Of a DNA stretch of 64,000 nt, positions 19,307 to 29,194 are shown one piece after another. Each line of letters begins with the position of its first letter. The stretch's first letter is position 1. Position numbers and translations under genes: made by a program. The stretch spans positions 1 to 64,000 of the IMG/VR virus record IMGVR_UViG_3300035703_000010; one strand, given 5' to 3'. A model generated the notes under the pieces. It worked only from the letters and a program-made list of their open reading frames with translations. It made no database searches and was not told the DNA's origin.

Positions 19307-20851
19307 TTAAGCAACCTGTGTATCACTGATTTTAAAGACGTTTGAAACAGATTTAAAGGTTTTCTTAGTTCCACCTAAAACCAACATTACATCTATAACA
19401 TAGCTTCTTTCTTTCATTAGATTAGAAGTGTCTAAAACGAAATACATTCCGCTAAAATCGCTGCTAACTTTTGTAGAACCATATGTTTCATCAAAAGATA
19501 GAATGATTTCATTTGTAGAAATATCTCTTACTTGATAATAAGCTTTTCTTACGACTACTCCTGATAGCTCAATCGGTCTTTTCACTAGTTTTATTGTGGG
19601 AGACGTATGATCGAATATGTTTAATCTAATGAAAACTTTTTCATCAGTTCTGTGTAATGCTTGAAGTCCTGAAGTAGTAACAACGTAATTCTTGAAATCT
19701 ATCGTTGAATTTGATCTTTGAGAAGGATAGACTGTCAATTTGCTACCGGTGAAATATGCTACAGATTCATCAAGAGACAACCAGATTGGTGTGAACGTAA
19801 CCGATCCTGAATGCTGAAGTTCTTTATACAGAGTTTGATTTGTTTGAGGTATTGTAAACGAAGCAGAATATAACCCTGGATAATAGTTTACACCATCTGA
19901 ATGCTGAGATCCTGTAAAAATTAAAGAGTAGCTTCCGTTTCCAGACACTGCGGTTACTAATTTTAAAAGTAGACTGTTAGATCCAGTTATAGAAGTTAAA
20001 GATGATCCGCTTAAAATATTTGCAGGCTCTCCGTGTAAATAATTCCTTAAAAATATAGTAGAGTTTTGATCAAATCTTAAATTTTGAGAATCGTCTTGCA
20101 CTGAATCGTCATATCTAACGATTAGACGCGGGTGCTTAGTAGAATCATAAGCTGTTCTGCTAGAGAATCTTTTTACAAAGTACGAATATTTGTCATCTTC
20201 AAGATTCGATTTTAATGATAACCTGAATCCGCTATCTGGTAGAATTCCTGCTAAAGTCGCAGAAACTATCTTCGTCACGTCAACAGTTAGGTCTTCTTCT
20301 CCTGTGGAGAAGTGTTGAGTAACTTCAAGATTCGTTCCTCCTAAATCGACTGAAGAAGTTATATAATCGCAGACTTCTTCAGCTCCTCCACCTTTTCCAG
20401 ACCCTGACATTTCCCAGCTTGTACCAATTGATGAAGAAGAAAAATTGCAAGCGTCATAATCAGAATAGTAAACGACGTCTCTTCCGACACCTTCATCAAA
20501 AGATTTTGACATTGGGAATATAGAAACATCAAAATTTGAAGGAGTTGTTTGGCCGCCATATACATCAAAAAGCTTCAATGAACAATTGAATGTTTTATGA
20601 TTGATATTAATAGAGCTTGAATAAATTAGATCTTTTATAGGTTGCAAATCAAAATGAATCAAGATCCTGCTTAATTCCAAGTTAGGAAAAGATGGATTGT
20701 TGTCTGCAAACGTAACTCCATAGAGTTTGAACAAATCTAAAGTTCCTGCTGCGCCTACATTCGAACCTGTACGCAATGAACCTGAACTTGCTATTTTAAT
20801 AAATCTATTTGTTATGTAAGCATCTTTATCTGCTTTTAATATCTTATACAT
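19307..20851 (-). CDS. Baseplate-associated protein, DNRLRE/CBM96-like N-terminal domain
   Basis: A.KDAYI, SRILI.FDL, W..SG, DVT.IV, ..GF.L, F.SR....P.L.V.YDD pattern. Confidence 0.55.
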   Translation of the reverse strand: MYKILKADKDAYITNRFIKIASSGSLRTGSNVGAAGTLDLFKLYGVTFADNNPSFPNLELSRILIHFDLQPIKDLIYSSSININHKTFNCSLKLFDVYGGQTTPSNFDVSIFPMSKSFDEGVGRDVVYYSDYDACNFSSSSIGTSWEMSGSGKGGGAEEVCDYITSSVDLGGTNLEVTQHFSTGEEDLTVDVTKIVSATLAGILPDSGFRLSLKSNLEDDKYSYFVKRFSSRTAYDSTKHPRLIVRYDDSVQDDSQNLRFDQNSTIFLRNYLHGEPANILSGSSLTSITGSNSLLLKLVTAVSGNGSYSLIFTGSQHSDGVNYYPGLYSASFTIPQTNQTLYKELQHSGSVTFTPIWLSLDESVAYFTGSKLTVYPSQRSNSTIDFKNYVVTTSGLQALHRTDEKVFIRLNIFDHTSPTIKLVKRPIELSGVVVRKAYYQVRDISTNEIILSFDETYGSTKVSSDFSGMYFVLDTSNLMKERSYVIDVMLVLGGTKKTFKSVSNVFKISDTQVA

Positions 20852-20852
20852 G

Positions 20853-22688
20853 TTATAAAGCAGTCCTTCCTACTATATCAAATTCAGGATATTTAAATTC
20901 AAATATTCCGCCTTCAGGTGGATATAGCAATCCTTTTCTAGTGTTGTTCTTTACGTCATAGCTTACATCGCTATATTGTCTTCCATTCACTATGCCGTTG
21001 ACGTTTCTGAACTCCATGTTGGTAACTGATATTACGCCAGAAACAGTATATATTATGTTTTGAATATCAGATAAAACTATAGGTTGATCTATATAGAATC
21101 TTTTTGTGTTAAATTGTTCTACAAGCAAAGTAATAATTTCTTGTAATACGATTTGTTGATTTAGCGAAGGATCAATTAATACGTCAAATTGAAACGATAA
21201 ATTGACTATTTTTGCATCTAAAATGTCTATGGCGTCCGTGATTAAACGATAAGGAGCTAAATATTTTCTTATGTTTTCTTTCAACGTATCTGGAGCATGT
21301 ATTAAAGTCGACAAAGAATCTCTGCAAACTATGAATAGCTGGGTAGACAGCGGATTTGTAGGATTAGACCTCACAGTAGCTCTGAATGGTCTTCCAAAGT
21401 TTGATGGGATCGAGTAAATTCTAGCAAGCAAATCTTCTCTAGTAACAATTCTTTCTTGAGAGTTTCTTATTGATGATATCAACGCTCTTAATTCGTCAAT
21501 CGTGGGAGCATCTTCTCCTCCTGCTGCTGGTCTTTCATTTGTTAATGAAAAACTTTTTCTAACAAAATTCACTATTTCTAAGCTTGGATTTAACGGAAAC
21601 TCTAAAAGAAGTTGTGAAACATTTGTTAAGTTGTTTGCAGCGATATTATGGCTTAATCCTCCTCCATATCTGTAAGTAACTGTTAATATAGAGTTTGGAG
21701 CATATACCCCTAAAGTTCTTGTATTTAAAAGTTTTAATGGATTTACTGAAGTTCTAGAAAAAGTCTTTGAGTAAGGAAATGATATTGCAAATTCAGAAGG
21801 ATCTGGGACTGCATCATCATCTATATTGTTGTCATCACCAGCTCCTAAAATAAGAGTCGTCGACCTTGATCCTAAGTCTACAACGCTAACAAATCTATAA
21901 GGCGCTGGAACGACTTTCAATGAATCAGGTACGTCTGCAGAATCACTAGCTGTGTTTAAGACGTTTCTATATACAACATCTTCTGTCAAATTTCCAACTT
22001 CATAGTATGAATTTCCTAAACTATCATTTACTGATATGATGTCAGTTACACTGTTTTGAGCTAATGTGATCGACTTGAAGGGAATAAAGTTAGAAAGGTT
22101 AAATTTTTCCGTTGTTTGCGTACCAGAAATGCATAATCCTCTGGTCGCCATAGTAAAAGTGTTAGGATTACCGTTTTGGTTTAATTTTGCAACTTTTATT
22201 TCTGCAATATAGTTTCCGTCGGCATCTTTTTTTGCAAAATCTACGTCTGATAATAGAATAAAATTTGTTCCAGTTATAGAAGTAAACGTTGAATTTGCTT
22301 TTACAATTGGTAAAGAACCTGGTCTTGGAACATAGCTTCCTTCAGATAATACTGCTGGAACTTCAATAAAGAAAGTAACCTCTACAGTAGCCGGCGTAGC
22401 TCCTGTTATTGGAACGCCGGCTGATCTAATAAGTTTCTCTATATTTTGAGTTTCTATTGCAGTGTTTGGATCAAGTTCGTTATATTGATGATCAAGATAA
22501 AATGACATGACATCACCAGTGTATGCAGCCATGTCAAGCAATAGTCCACCGACTGAAGTCTCTGAAAAATCTTGTATTCTATCAGGGTAATATAATCTTG
22601 CGTATTGAATTAAATTTGCGCGCAACGCATCAAAATCTTTAGCAAGATAACTTCTACTTCTAAAACGTTTTAATTCTGTTTTTGCCAT
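20853..22688 (-). CDS. Baseplate wedge subunit (T4 gp6 / baseplate J-like)
   Basis: KDFDALRANLI.YA..YYP....DFSE.S.G..LLD..AY.GDV.SFYLD.Q.NE N-terminus; AAGGED; Q.R.VT.ED...R. Confidence 0.9.
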   Translation of the reverse strand: MAKTELKRFRSRSYLAKDFDALRANLIQYARLYYPDRIQDFSETSVGGLLLDMAAYTGDVMSFYLDHQYNELDPNTAIETQNIEKLIRSAGVPITGATPATVEVTFFIEVPAVLSEGSYVPRPGSLPIVKANSTFTSITGTNFILLSDVDFAKKDADGNYIAEIKVAKLNQNGNPNTFTMATRGLCISGTQTTEKFNLSNFIPFKSITLAQNSVTDIISVNDSLGNSYYEVGNLTEDVVYRNVLNTASDSADVPDSLKVVPAPYRFVSVVDLGSRSTTLILGAGDDNNIDDDAVPDPSEFAISFPYSKTFSRTSVNPLKLLNTRTLGVYAPNSILTVTYRYGGGLSHNIAANNLTNVSQLLLEFPLNPSLEIVNFVRKSFSLTNERPAAGGEDAPTIDELRALISSIRNSQERIVTREDLLARIYSIPSNFGRPFRATVRSNPTNPLSTQLFIVCRDSLSTLIHAPDTLKENIRKYLAPYRLITDAIDILDAKIVNLSFQFDVLIDPSLNQQIVLQEIITLLVEQFNTKRFYIDQPIVLSDIQNIIYTVSGVISVTNMEFRNVNGIVNGRQYSDVSYDVKNNTRKGLLYPPEGGIFEFKYPEFDIVGRTAL

Positions 22689-22689
22689 T

Positions 22690-23154
22690 TTACGTCACAT
22701 ACATTGATATTTGAAGTGCTTTATCTTTTATTCCTAATTCATTAACATTATAAGTTATTATTATTTTTAATATACCTACATGTCTGTTTTCTTCTCTGTC
22801 GATAGAAGAAGCAAAGTTTTGCAAACTAACAAATGGCATCCATTTTGAAACTGCATTTCTTATTCTAGTTATAGCTTCATCATCGAAAGTTTCTATGTCT
22901 GTATACTCTGAAGTCAACTCTTTTAAGTTTGCACCAAACTCGTAAAGACCAAGTCTTTCACCCCAGTTTGTAAGAAGTAAATTTCTTAAGTTATCATGTA
23001 TTTGGTCTGCAAAACTATAGTGCATTGCAAATATGTTCTTTTCATCTAATCTAAGAGGGGTTTTAATTCCAACAGGGGTTCTCGTTACTAAAACTTTCTC
23101 TGTTTCAATAACGGATGCTGTTTTACCGACGCTCTTAAACTTGTAAGAAGACAT
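22690..23154 (-). CDS. Baseplate gp25-like protein (GPW/gp25 family)
   Basis: QI.DNL.NLLLT..GER....FG..L......I..A...WMPFV signature; adjacent to gp6-like. Confidence 0.9.
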   Translation of the reverse strand: MSSYKFKSVGKTASVIETEKVLVTRTPVGIKTPLRLDEKNIFAMHYSFADQIHDNLRNLLLTNWGERLGLYEFGANLKELTSEYTDIETFDDEAITRIRNAVSKWMPFVSLQNFASSIDREENRHVGILKIIITYNVNELGIKDKALQISMYVT

Positions 23155-23223
23155 TTATTTCTCTAACGGTAAATATAATTAGAGCAATTTTCTTTGCACA
23201 TAAATTATGCAAAATTTTGTGTA

Positions 23224-26070
23224 TCATGAAAGAGTATCTTTATTTTTTTCAGATTCATTTTTTTCAGATTCTTTGTAAGGTCTACAATAATTTGGAAATA
23301 CGTAAGGACCAAAAGGGTTATATACTCGTTTAATTCTTTTAAAGTTCTTAGAACTGTTTACTGATATTTCATCCATATAGTCAGCTGCTATAGCAGCTAA
23401 TGGTCCTGAATTTTCTTCTTTATTGCAGTAGTTATCCGTCTTATAAATTGCAATAATTCTTCTTTCATTAGGAGATATTACGATTCCATCTTTAGAATTA
23501 ATTGTGCTAGCTTGTGGTAATTTAGAACAACCGATAAAAAAACCATCGTCACCATCAAAATTATTAGAGATATATTTCTTATTGTAATGACGAAACAGCC
23601 CTAAATCATACACATTTTCTAAAATAGCTGATGGTTTACCTACTTCTTTAGCAAAAGAAATAGTGATGTTATCACCAGCGTTTAGTCCATCAAAACTTGC
23701 TTGGTAACCTTTTATTTCATCGGCTGATACTTGCGTTGCGACATTATTAGAAAACTTTTTCCGTATTCTTAATTGATATCCTATGTTTTCTCTTATTTTT
23801 TTATTCGTTTCTTCATTATCTGATTTTATGAATTTTTCTTCTTTTTCTACATATTTTGAATTATAGTCGTCGATTGATCCACCTTCAATAGCTTGTATAC
23901 TGTATGATAACGTATCAAACTTAGGACCTCCTTGTTTAAACGGTTTATAGTCATATCCAGCTTTTCTATCAACATCAACAAGCAAAACGTGCTCTCCGTT
24001 TATAGCCCAATCAGATGTTTTGCCATATGTGTTAGGACCCGGGTTAGCAGTCCTGACGATTAGAACTGCATCTCCTTTTGACAAAGAAGGAAACCCTAGT
24101 TCTTCAGAGTTATTGTTTCTTAACATTATTCCTATATCAAAACCGCTTAAAATAGCTCGTTCTTGTCTTGGTTTGAGATAAGGTTTTAAAAATTGCAAAT
24201 TTTCTGAAGGAACAATATTTGCTTGATCTGCTTTTAAACTCCAGTCTTCGTTAAATGCATCTGTAGCTAACATTTCTCCTACATGTAACGCCATGCGACC
24301 ACTATCTTTACTTGTCTTCATTTCAGCGCCGGAGCCCAGATTATATCTGCATTTTTCCCCTGCATACTTTTCTAGTTTTTCTTTTAGTTGTTTTACAGTA
24401 AGACCAGTTCCAGGTATTACAGTTGTTTCTACTCTTGGCGTTATAATTGGTTGTTTCGTTTTTTCATCTATAGTAACGTCATATAAATCATTTATAATTC
24501 CTCTGCCACCAGTAGGATTTTCAAAGTTATATTCATAATTTGGACTTTTACACCCTTTTGAAACCCAACGGAAATTTCTCATTAATCCTATGTTCAATCC
24601 TATCCTAACCGTTCCTTCGTCTGAAGAAAACGTTGATAAGAAAAAACGGTTTAAAGCTCCACCAGCTCTTAAGCACGACCGAACAAACATTCCACATGAT
24701 GATAAATTACCAGAATTGTTTTCAGCTTCTCTAAAAAACCCTGTTTTGTCGTGAACAGGTGTTGCTTCCAAAACTTGAATGTCTTGTGAAATTTCGCTTA
24801 ACAAACGTTTTGGACCAACATCAAACTTAATCGCGTTTTCTGGATTGGTTACTGGTTCTCCGAATACATTTAAAAAGTTGTCTGGAAAGCTTTGAAATAG
24901 ATGTTCTGTGTAAAATAGCCCTTGTAAGTACCGTGTTCTTTCAGAAGCGTGTTCGGCATTCCCGTAATAAGAATTTTTTAATCCTACTGCATAAGAATGC
25001 GCCTTTTCTGATGGTCTTAGTTCTTCTTTTTCTAATGGTTGTTTTCTTTCTATAACTACAGGTCTGTATTTAGCTGCAGGTTCTTTTGCGCTAGTTATTT
25101 GAGTTATACTTGTCGTCATAGATCCAGGAGCAGAACCTATCGTTAATGCTAAAGTTGCGACTAGGTTCATTTCTGCTATTTTCACAGCAAGAACTGAGCT
25201 ACTTGCTCTTTCTAAGACTGCAAATTCGTTTGGTTCAGGACCTAACATTCCTGATTTTTTTATGATTCCTGCTATTTCTGAAACTATCTCTATAGGATTT
25301 CCTATCTTAGAAATAAAGTTTGGAACTTTAGAAACTGTTTCTGATAGTACTTTTGGAAGATTTTGAAAAGCTGCAAATTCTTTTGCTGCCAAGAAAGAAA
25401 ATATTACTTCTGGAGGCTTTGGAGCATTTGCGATTATTTGTTCTGGGGTTAATTCAAATTTTGGCAAAGAGTCAGGAATATTTGGTAAAGAAAATCCTAA
25501 AGGAGGTAACGGTGGAACAATAATAGGAGGTTTTGGAATTGCTGGCGGGGGAGGGAGGTTTTTTTCTAGTAACGTTTTCAATAATTTTGCAGGTCCATCT
25601 GGAGCTAGAAATTTAACTTCTCCTGCATCTATTAAATCTCCAATCATTTTTATTGGAAGTAGACCGGTCAAATACTGTATGAATCCTCCTGGGAAATCTA
25701 TGAGGGGAAGATCTACATTAAAAGCATCTTTACCTAATGCTATAGGGTCAGCAATAGCTGGTAACAGACTATAATTTGGTTTTAGGTTATAATCATTTGC
25801 AAGTTTTTCATACCTTGCTATCCAGGTTTCATAAAATGAAGAATAAACAACTTCATCTTTTAAAAAATTTGGATTTCTTCTTATTAAGTCTTTAAATACA
25901 GGAGACGGAGCAATTTTATCAGGAAATGGAATGGGAGGTTTTAGTGCTTCTGGTATATTATCTGTACCGTATTCAAGAATTAAAAGAACTTGAGAAATGA
26001 AACTATTTTTTGCTTCTTTAGTAAGTTTTCCATTTTCGTCTAAAATACCTACGTGTTGTTGGCAACTCAT
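23224..26070 (-). CDS. Large baseplate-region protein, Pro-rich, possible divergent Cys/His peptidoglycan hydrolase
   Basis: 948 aa between gp5-like and gp25-like genes; Pro-rich segment; SCGMFVRSCL, GDAVLIV and GEHVLLV motifs reminiscent of CHAP/NlpC-P60. Confidence 0.5.
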   Translation of the reverse strand: MSCQQHVGILDENGKLTKEAKNSFISQVLLILEYGTDNIPEALKPPIPFPDKIAPSPVFKDLIRRNPNFLKDEVVYSSFYETWIARYEKLANDYNLKPNYSLLPAIADPIALGKDAFNVDLPLIDFPGGFIQYLTGLLPIKMIGDLIDAGEVKFLAPDGPAKLLKTLLEKNLPPPPAIPKPPIIVPPLPPLGFSLPNIPDSLPKFELTPEQIIANAPKPPEVIFSFLAAKEFAAFQNLPKVLSETVSKVPNFISKIGNPIEIVSEIAGIIKKSGMLGPEPNEFAVLERASSSVLAVKIAEMNLVATLALTIGSAPGSMTTSITQITSAKEPAAKYRPVVIERKQPLEKEELRPSEKAHSYAVGLKNSYYGNAEHASERTRYLQGLFYTEHLFQSFPDNFLNVFGEPVTNPENAIKFDVGPKRLLSEISQDIQVLEATPVHDKTGFFREAENNSGNLSSCGMFVRSCLRAGGALNRFFLSTFSSDEGTVRIGLNIGLMRNFRWVSKGCKSPNYEYNFENPTGGRGIINDLYDVTIDEKTKQPIITPRVETTVIPGTGLTVKQLKEKLEKYAGEKCRYNLGSGAEMKTSKDSGRMALHVGEMLATDAFNEDWSLKADQANIVPSENLQFLKPYLKPRQERAILSGFDIGIMLRNNNSEELGFPSLSKGDAVLIVRTANPGPNTYGKTSDWAINGEHVLLVDVDRKAGYDYKPFKQGGPKFDTLSYSIQAIEGGSIDDYNSKYVEKEEKFIKSDNEETNKKIRENIGYQLRIRKKFSNNVATQVSADEIKGYQASFDGLNAGDNITISFAKEVGKPSAILENVYDLGLFRHYNKKYISNNFDGDDGFFIGCSKLPQASTINSKDGIVISPNERRIIAIYKTDNYCNKEENSGPLAAIAADYMDEISVNSSKNFKRIKRVYNPFGPYVFPNYCRPYKESEKNESEKNKDTLS

Positions 26071-26083
26071 AGCTTTACCCTTA

Positions 26084-27718
26084 TCATTTAATCAAAACTT
26101 TATTAGCAAAAGTCCCTAAATCAGCATTTCCTTGTTGCGGAAGAGCTGGTATATTTCCAGAAGGCGATGGGTTTTGCGAACCAGCAATGAGTCCGCCACC
26201 ATTCGTCATTATAGAAGTACCTGCTATTCCACCGTTTACGGCAATAACAGGTTGAGCAGTGCATACTATTCCTCTATTTGCGTCTTCTCCACCTAACTTT
26301 ATATACCCTGTATCTGATGGTTCAAATACGATGTCACCGTTAGATTTTATAGTTATCGATGCCCACTTTTTTGAATCAGAATTTTGGGTTTTTATAGAGT
26401 TTTCTCCTATTTGCTGAGTTGTGTTATTAGCAGAATTGTCGTTGGAAATCGTATCAGGTTCATAGTCACCGACTGCACTTTCTATTGGTTCTTCAGAAAA
26501 TCCAGTTACTAAAATTTGCACATCTGATCTTGCAAAAATCCTAACTTTGTCAGATTTTATTATTATTCCTGCATCTCCATTTTCTGAATCTAATACTTTA
26601 GGAGTTCTTGAAGAATTTTTTTGAGTTAATAAAAGGCTTTCATCGACTCTTGTGTTTTGAGAGACATAAATTCTACTTCTATCGTTTAAAAAATCTGGAT
26701 CTCCTTCATTTGAAAATTGAGTTGTTGAAACTTTATCTTTAGCTAATTCTTGGTTTTGAAGATGATTAATAACTTTCTTACCACCAGTTTCTGGTCGTTG
26801 TCCTCTTCCAGCTACGATGTCTATAGATCCTGCATTTTTCTTAGATAGATTTGGATTTGTTCTATCAACAGAAAATGAATTTTCAAAAATATCATTAGGA
26901 TTGTATGAAGCAACTCTTCCTAACCTATCTCTGCCTAGAACAATAAGGGTGTTATTACTTCCTTCTAGCGCAATATCTCCTGGCCTTTTTTTAAACCTAG
27001 GAACTGCTTCGTAGACAGAAGCTTTTGCTGCGTCTGACTGTTGAATGATTTTTTCGTATTCTCCTTCATCGCCCGATATTAGAGCGCTGTCTGGATCTAC
27101 TATCGTTGAATCATCATCTAAAAATATTTTTTTATAGACCCCGTTTTTGAAATGATATCTTGGTTTTTTTATTTTTTCTTGATGTTTAAATCTTGCTTCT
27201 ACATTTTCTTCTTTTGATATTAAAAATGTTTCGTCATATTCTCTTGGATGATGTGAGTGATTTACGTCATCAACATGTCCAGAACCTACGATAGAACATA
27301 CCCAATACCCTAATATTTGTCTTTGTGTTAATGATTCGAACATGACCCAGACGTGTTCTCCGGGTTTACAAGGCATGGATAACGCTGATGGAAAAAGGGG
27401 ATATAAAAATAAGTTTGTTTTAGCGTATGTTATGTCTCCATCAGCTGATTTATAGACAGGTCTTGCTAATATGGAGTTTCTTGGTAAAGTTTTGTCAATC
27501 GCAAATTCGCGATTTCTTATTTCTCCGTGCAATCCTTCAAGCTCTTTAATTTTATCTAAAGTTATAATATTCGGATCAAAAACAGTTTCTAAAACTACCC
27601 AGCGTTGAAAAACTGGCGGGAGATTTAATTGATTTCCTCTAACCGTATTATATCGGTTTTGTACTTCATTATCTCGCTTTAGAAAACCTTCTGCTGTTTT
27701 TACATGTATTTCAGACAT
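26084..27718 (-). CDS. Baseplate hub/central spike protein (gp5/VgrG-like OB fold)
   Basis: YPLFP.....P.KPGE.VWV.F.....GYW OB-fold pattern; GD..LEG....I.LG and I.SD.V.I.A beta-helix-type repeats. Confidence 0.7.
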   Translation of the reverse strand: MSEIHVKTAEGFLKRDNEVQNRYNTVRGNQLNLPPVFQRWVVLETVFDPNIITLDKIKELEGLHGEIRNREFAIDKTLPRNSILARPVYKSADGDITYAKTNLFLYPLFPSALSMPCKPGEHVWVMFESLTQRQILGYWVCSIVGSGHVDDVNHSHHPREYDETFLISKEENVEARFKHQEKIKKPRYHFKNGVYKKIFLDDDSTIVDPDSALISGDEGEYEKIIQQSDAAKASVYEAVPRFKKRPGDIALEGSNNTLIVLGRDRLGRVASYNPNDIFENSFSVDRTNPNLSKKNAGSIDIVAGRGQRPETGGKKVINHLQNQELAKDKVSTTQFSNEGDPDFLNDRSRIYVSQNTRVDESLLLTQKNSSRTPKVLDSENGDAGIIIKSDKVRIFARSDVQILVTGFSEEPIESAVGDYEPDTISNDNSANNTTQQIGENSIKTQNSDSKKWASITIKSNGDIVFEPSDTGYIKLGGEDANRGIVCTAQPVIAVNGGIAGTSIMTNGGGLIAGSQNPSPSGNIPALPQQGNADLGTFANKVLIK

Positions 27719-27719
27719 A

Positions 27720-28103
27720 TTAGTTTTTTATTTTATCAAATAAATCTTCTGGATTTATGGATTCTGAAGCAGCCTCTGCCCTTGCAACTAGTTCAGCTAA
27801 TTTTATTAGCTGATCGTTCGCTTTACTCATTCTTTCGATGTATGAAGATATCGTCCTTCCATGTACTGCATGTTCGGTGCTTTTATCTTGGACTATCATA
27901 ACGAGTTTAGTGAACATTATGTACGCATTTTGTCTGTCACAAATTGCATTTTCATAAATTTCTTTCCACAGTTGTTTCTTTTTATCATTGATAGATTCAA
28001 TCTGGTTTAAAAGACCACTAAAATCCTTGATTCTGTCTTTTATACTTCTATCTGATATCTCAACAATTTCTGTTTGTGAAGCGTCTTGGTCGTCATCAGA
28101 CAT
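27720..28103 (-). CDS. Hypothetical helical protein
   Basis: 127 aa, helical/coiled-coil pattern; SD-like AAGGAA. Confidence 0.7.
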   Translation of the reverse strand: MSDDDQDASQTEIVEISDRSIKDRIKDFSGLLNQIESINDKKKQLWKEIYENAICDRQNAYIMFTKLVMIVQDKSTEHAVHGRTISSYIERMSKANDQLIKLAELVARAEAASESINPEDLFDKIKN

Positions 28104-28139
28104 GTTATCAATTCCTTATTAGCTATCTATAAAAATTAT

Positions 28140-28892
28140 TTAATAATTTGAAACTTGTTCCACTTTTAATTTATTGTAATGTTTTTTTACCGCCTGCATC
28201 GAAGTAGTTAATTGTTTAGGACTCAAGCCAGATAGTTCTCTTATGTATAGAAGAATTGCGCTTTTATTTAAGATGTCAATGTCATTAATATTTTCAAATA
28301 TCGTTATAACTGAATTGATACAAAGCAATTCATTTTCAACTTTTACTCTAGATCGTATCTCATACATCATCTTTAATATTTCTGCAATGTTTTCAGAATT
28401 TTCTAAGAAGTAATCTTGAGATGGAATCATTCTTCTTTCTTCTACGACTTGAATTTCTGAGGTGCTTAATCCTTTCGGATCATCTATGCTGACATCTCTT
28501 CTTCCTCTTTGCACCTTTTGTTTTGTCTTTATGATCAACCAGTTTTTTGCGACGACGTTAAAATAAGAAAACGCATTTGTACCCATGTCTGGATTAAATT
28601 TATGAATCGTTTCAAAAAGAAAATTAACGCAATCATTCTTTAAATCTTCGTACGTGTCATGAAGGCCACTAAACTTGTGAATGTTGATTAAATTTTCTAC
28701 AAGCTTTTCGAATGCAGGTAATATTTTTTCAACATAAAGCTTTTCTCTTACTTTACGATCTGAAGATTTTTGAAATTCCACGATTGCTTCTTGAGTTTCA
28801 TTCGTAAAATAAAACTTTGGATTTTGTGGATCCGCTTTTACTTCTTCGTTTTTTAATTTTTTGTTATTTCTTTTATTTTTTCCAGTCGTCAC
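28140..28892 (-). CDS. Phage sigma factor (sigma70 region 2, gp55-like; probable late sigma)
   Basis: YFT.ET..AI, DLK.D...FL.E...KF.P..G..AFSYF..VAKN.LI region-2 pattern; divergent C-terminal HTH-like segment; GTG start overlaps the upstream stop. Confidence 0.8.
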   Translation of the reverse strand: MTTGKNKRNNKKLKNEEVKADPQNPKFYFTNETQEAIVEFQKSSDRKVREKLYVEKILPAFEKLVENLINIHKFSGLHDTYEDLKNDCVNFLFETIHKFNPDMGTNAFSYFNVVAKNWLIIKTKQKVQRGRRDVSIDDPKGLSTSEIQVVEERRMIPSQDYFLENSENIAEILKMMYEIRSRVKVENELLCINSVITIFENINDIDILNKSAILLYIRELSGLSPKQLTTSMQAVKKHYNKLKVEQVSNY

Positions 28893-29194
28893 GATATCAT
28901 CCCATCTTCTTTTTCTTTTTCAAAAGGTACAATGACTTTGTTTGCAATTAATAACATAGCCTCTCTAGCGTTTTTTACATCTTTTACCATTGATATAACG
29001 ACTGGATCATCGAATAATACAGGAGATTTTAGATGCCTAGATACGTCTTGATAAGATTTATCTATAATGTCTAAAGATTCTTCTATTTGCGACCCTATCT
29101 CATCTATTTGCTCTACTAACTTTAACGATTTTTTTATCATCGTTAGTAGCGAAAACAATGTAATGAGATTTGTTATTAGTAAAAGATATATCAT
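28889..29194 (-). CDS. Small membrane-anchored coiled-coil protein
   Basis: N-terminal hydrophobic helix MIYLLLITNLITLFSLLTMI; overlaps both neighbours by 4 nt. Confidence 0.65.
   Translation of the reverse strand: MIYLLLITNLITLFSLLTMIKKSLKLVEQIDEIGSQIEESLDIIDKSYQDVSRHLKSPVLFDDPVVISMVKDVKNAREAMLLIANKVIVPFEKEKEDGMIS

Noticed and set aside
15822-27718. T6SS or extracellular contractile injection system
   Set aside because: The baseplate genes co-occur with a DNA ligase, phage sigma, PhoH, helicase and multiple fibres, which fits a phage genome.
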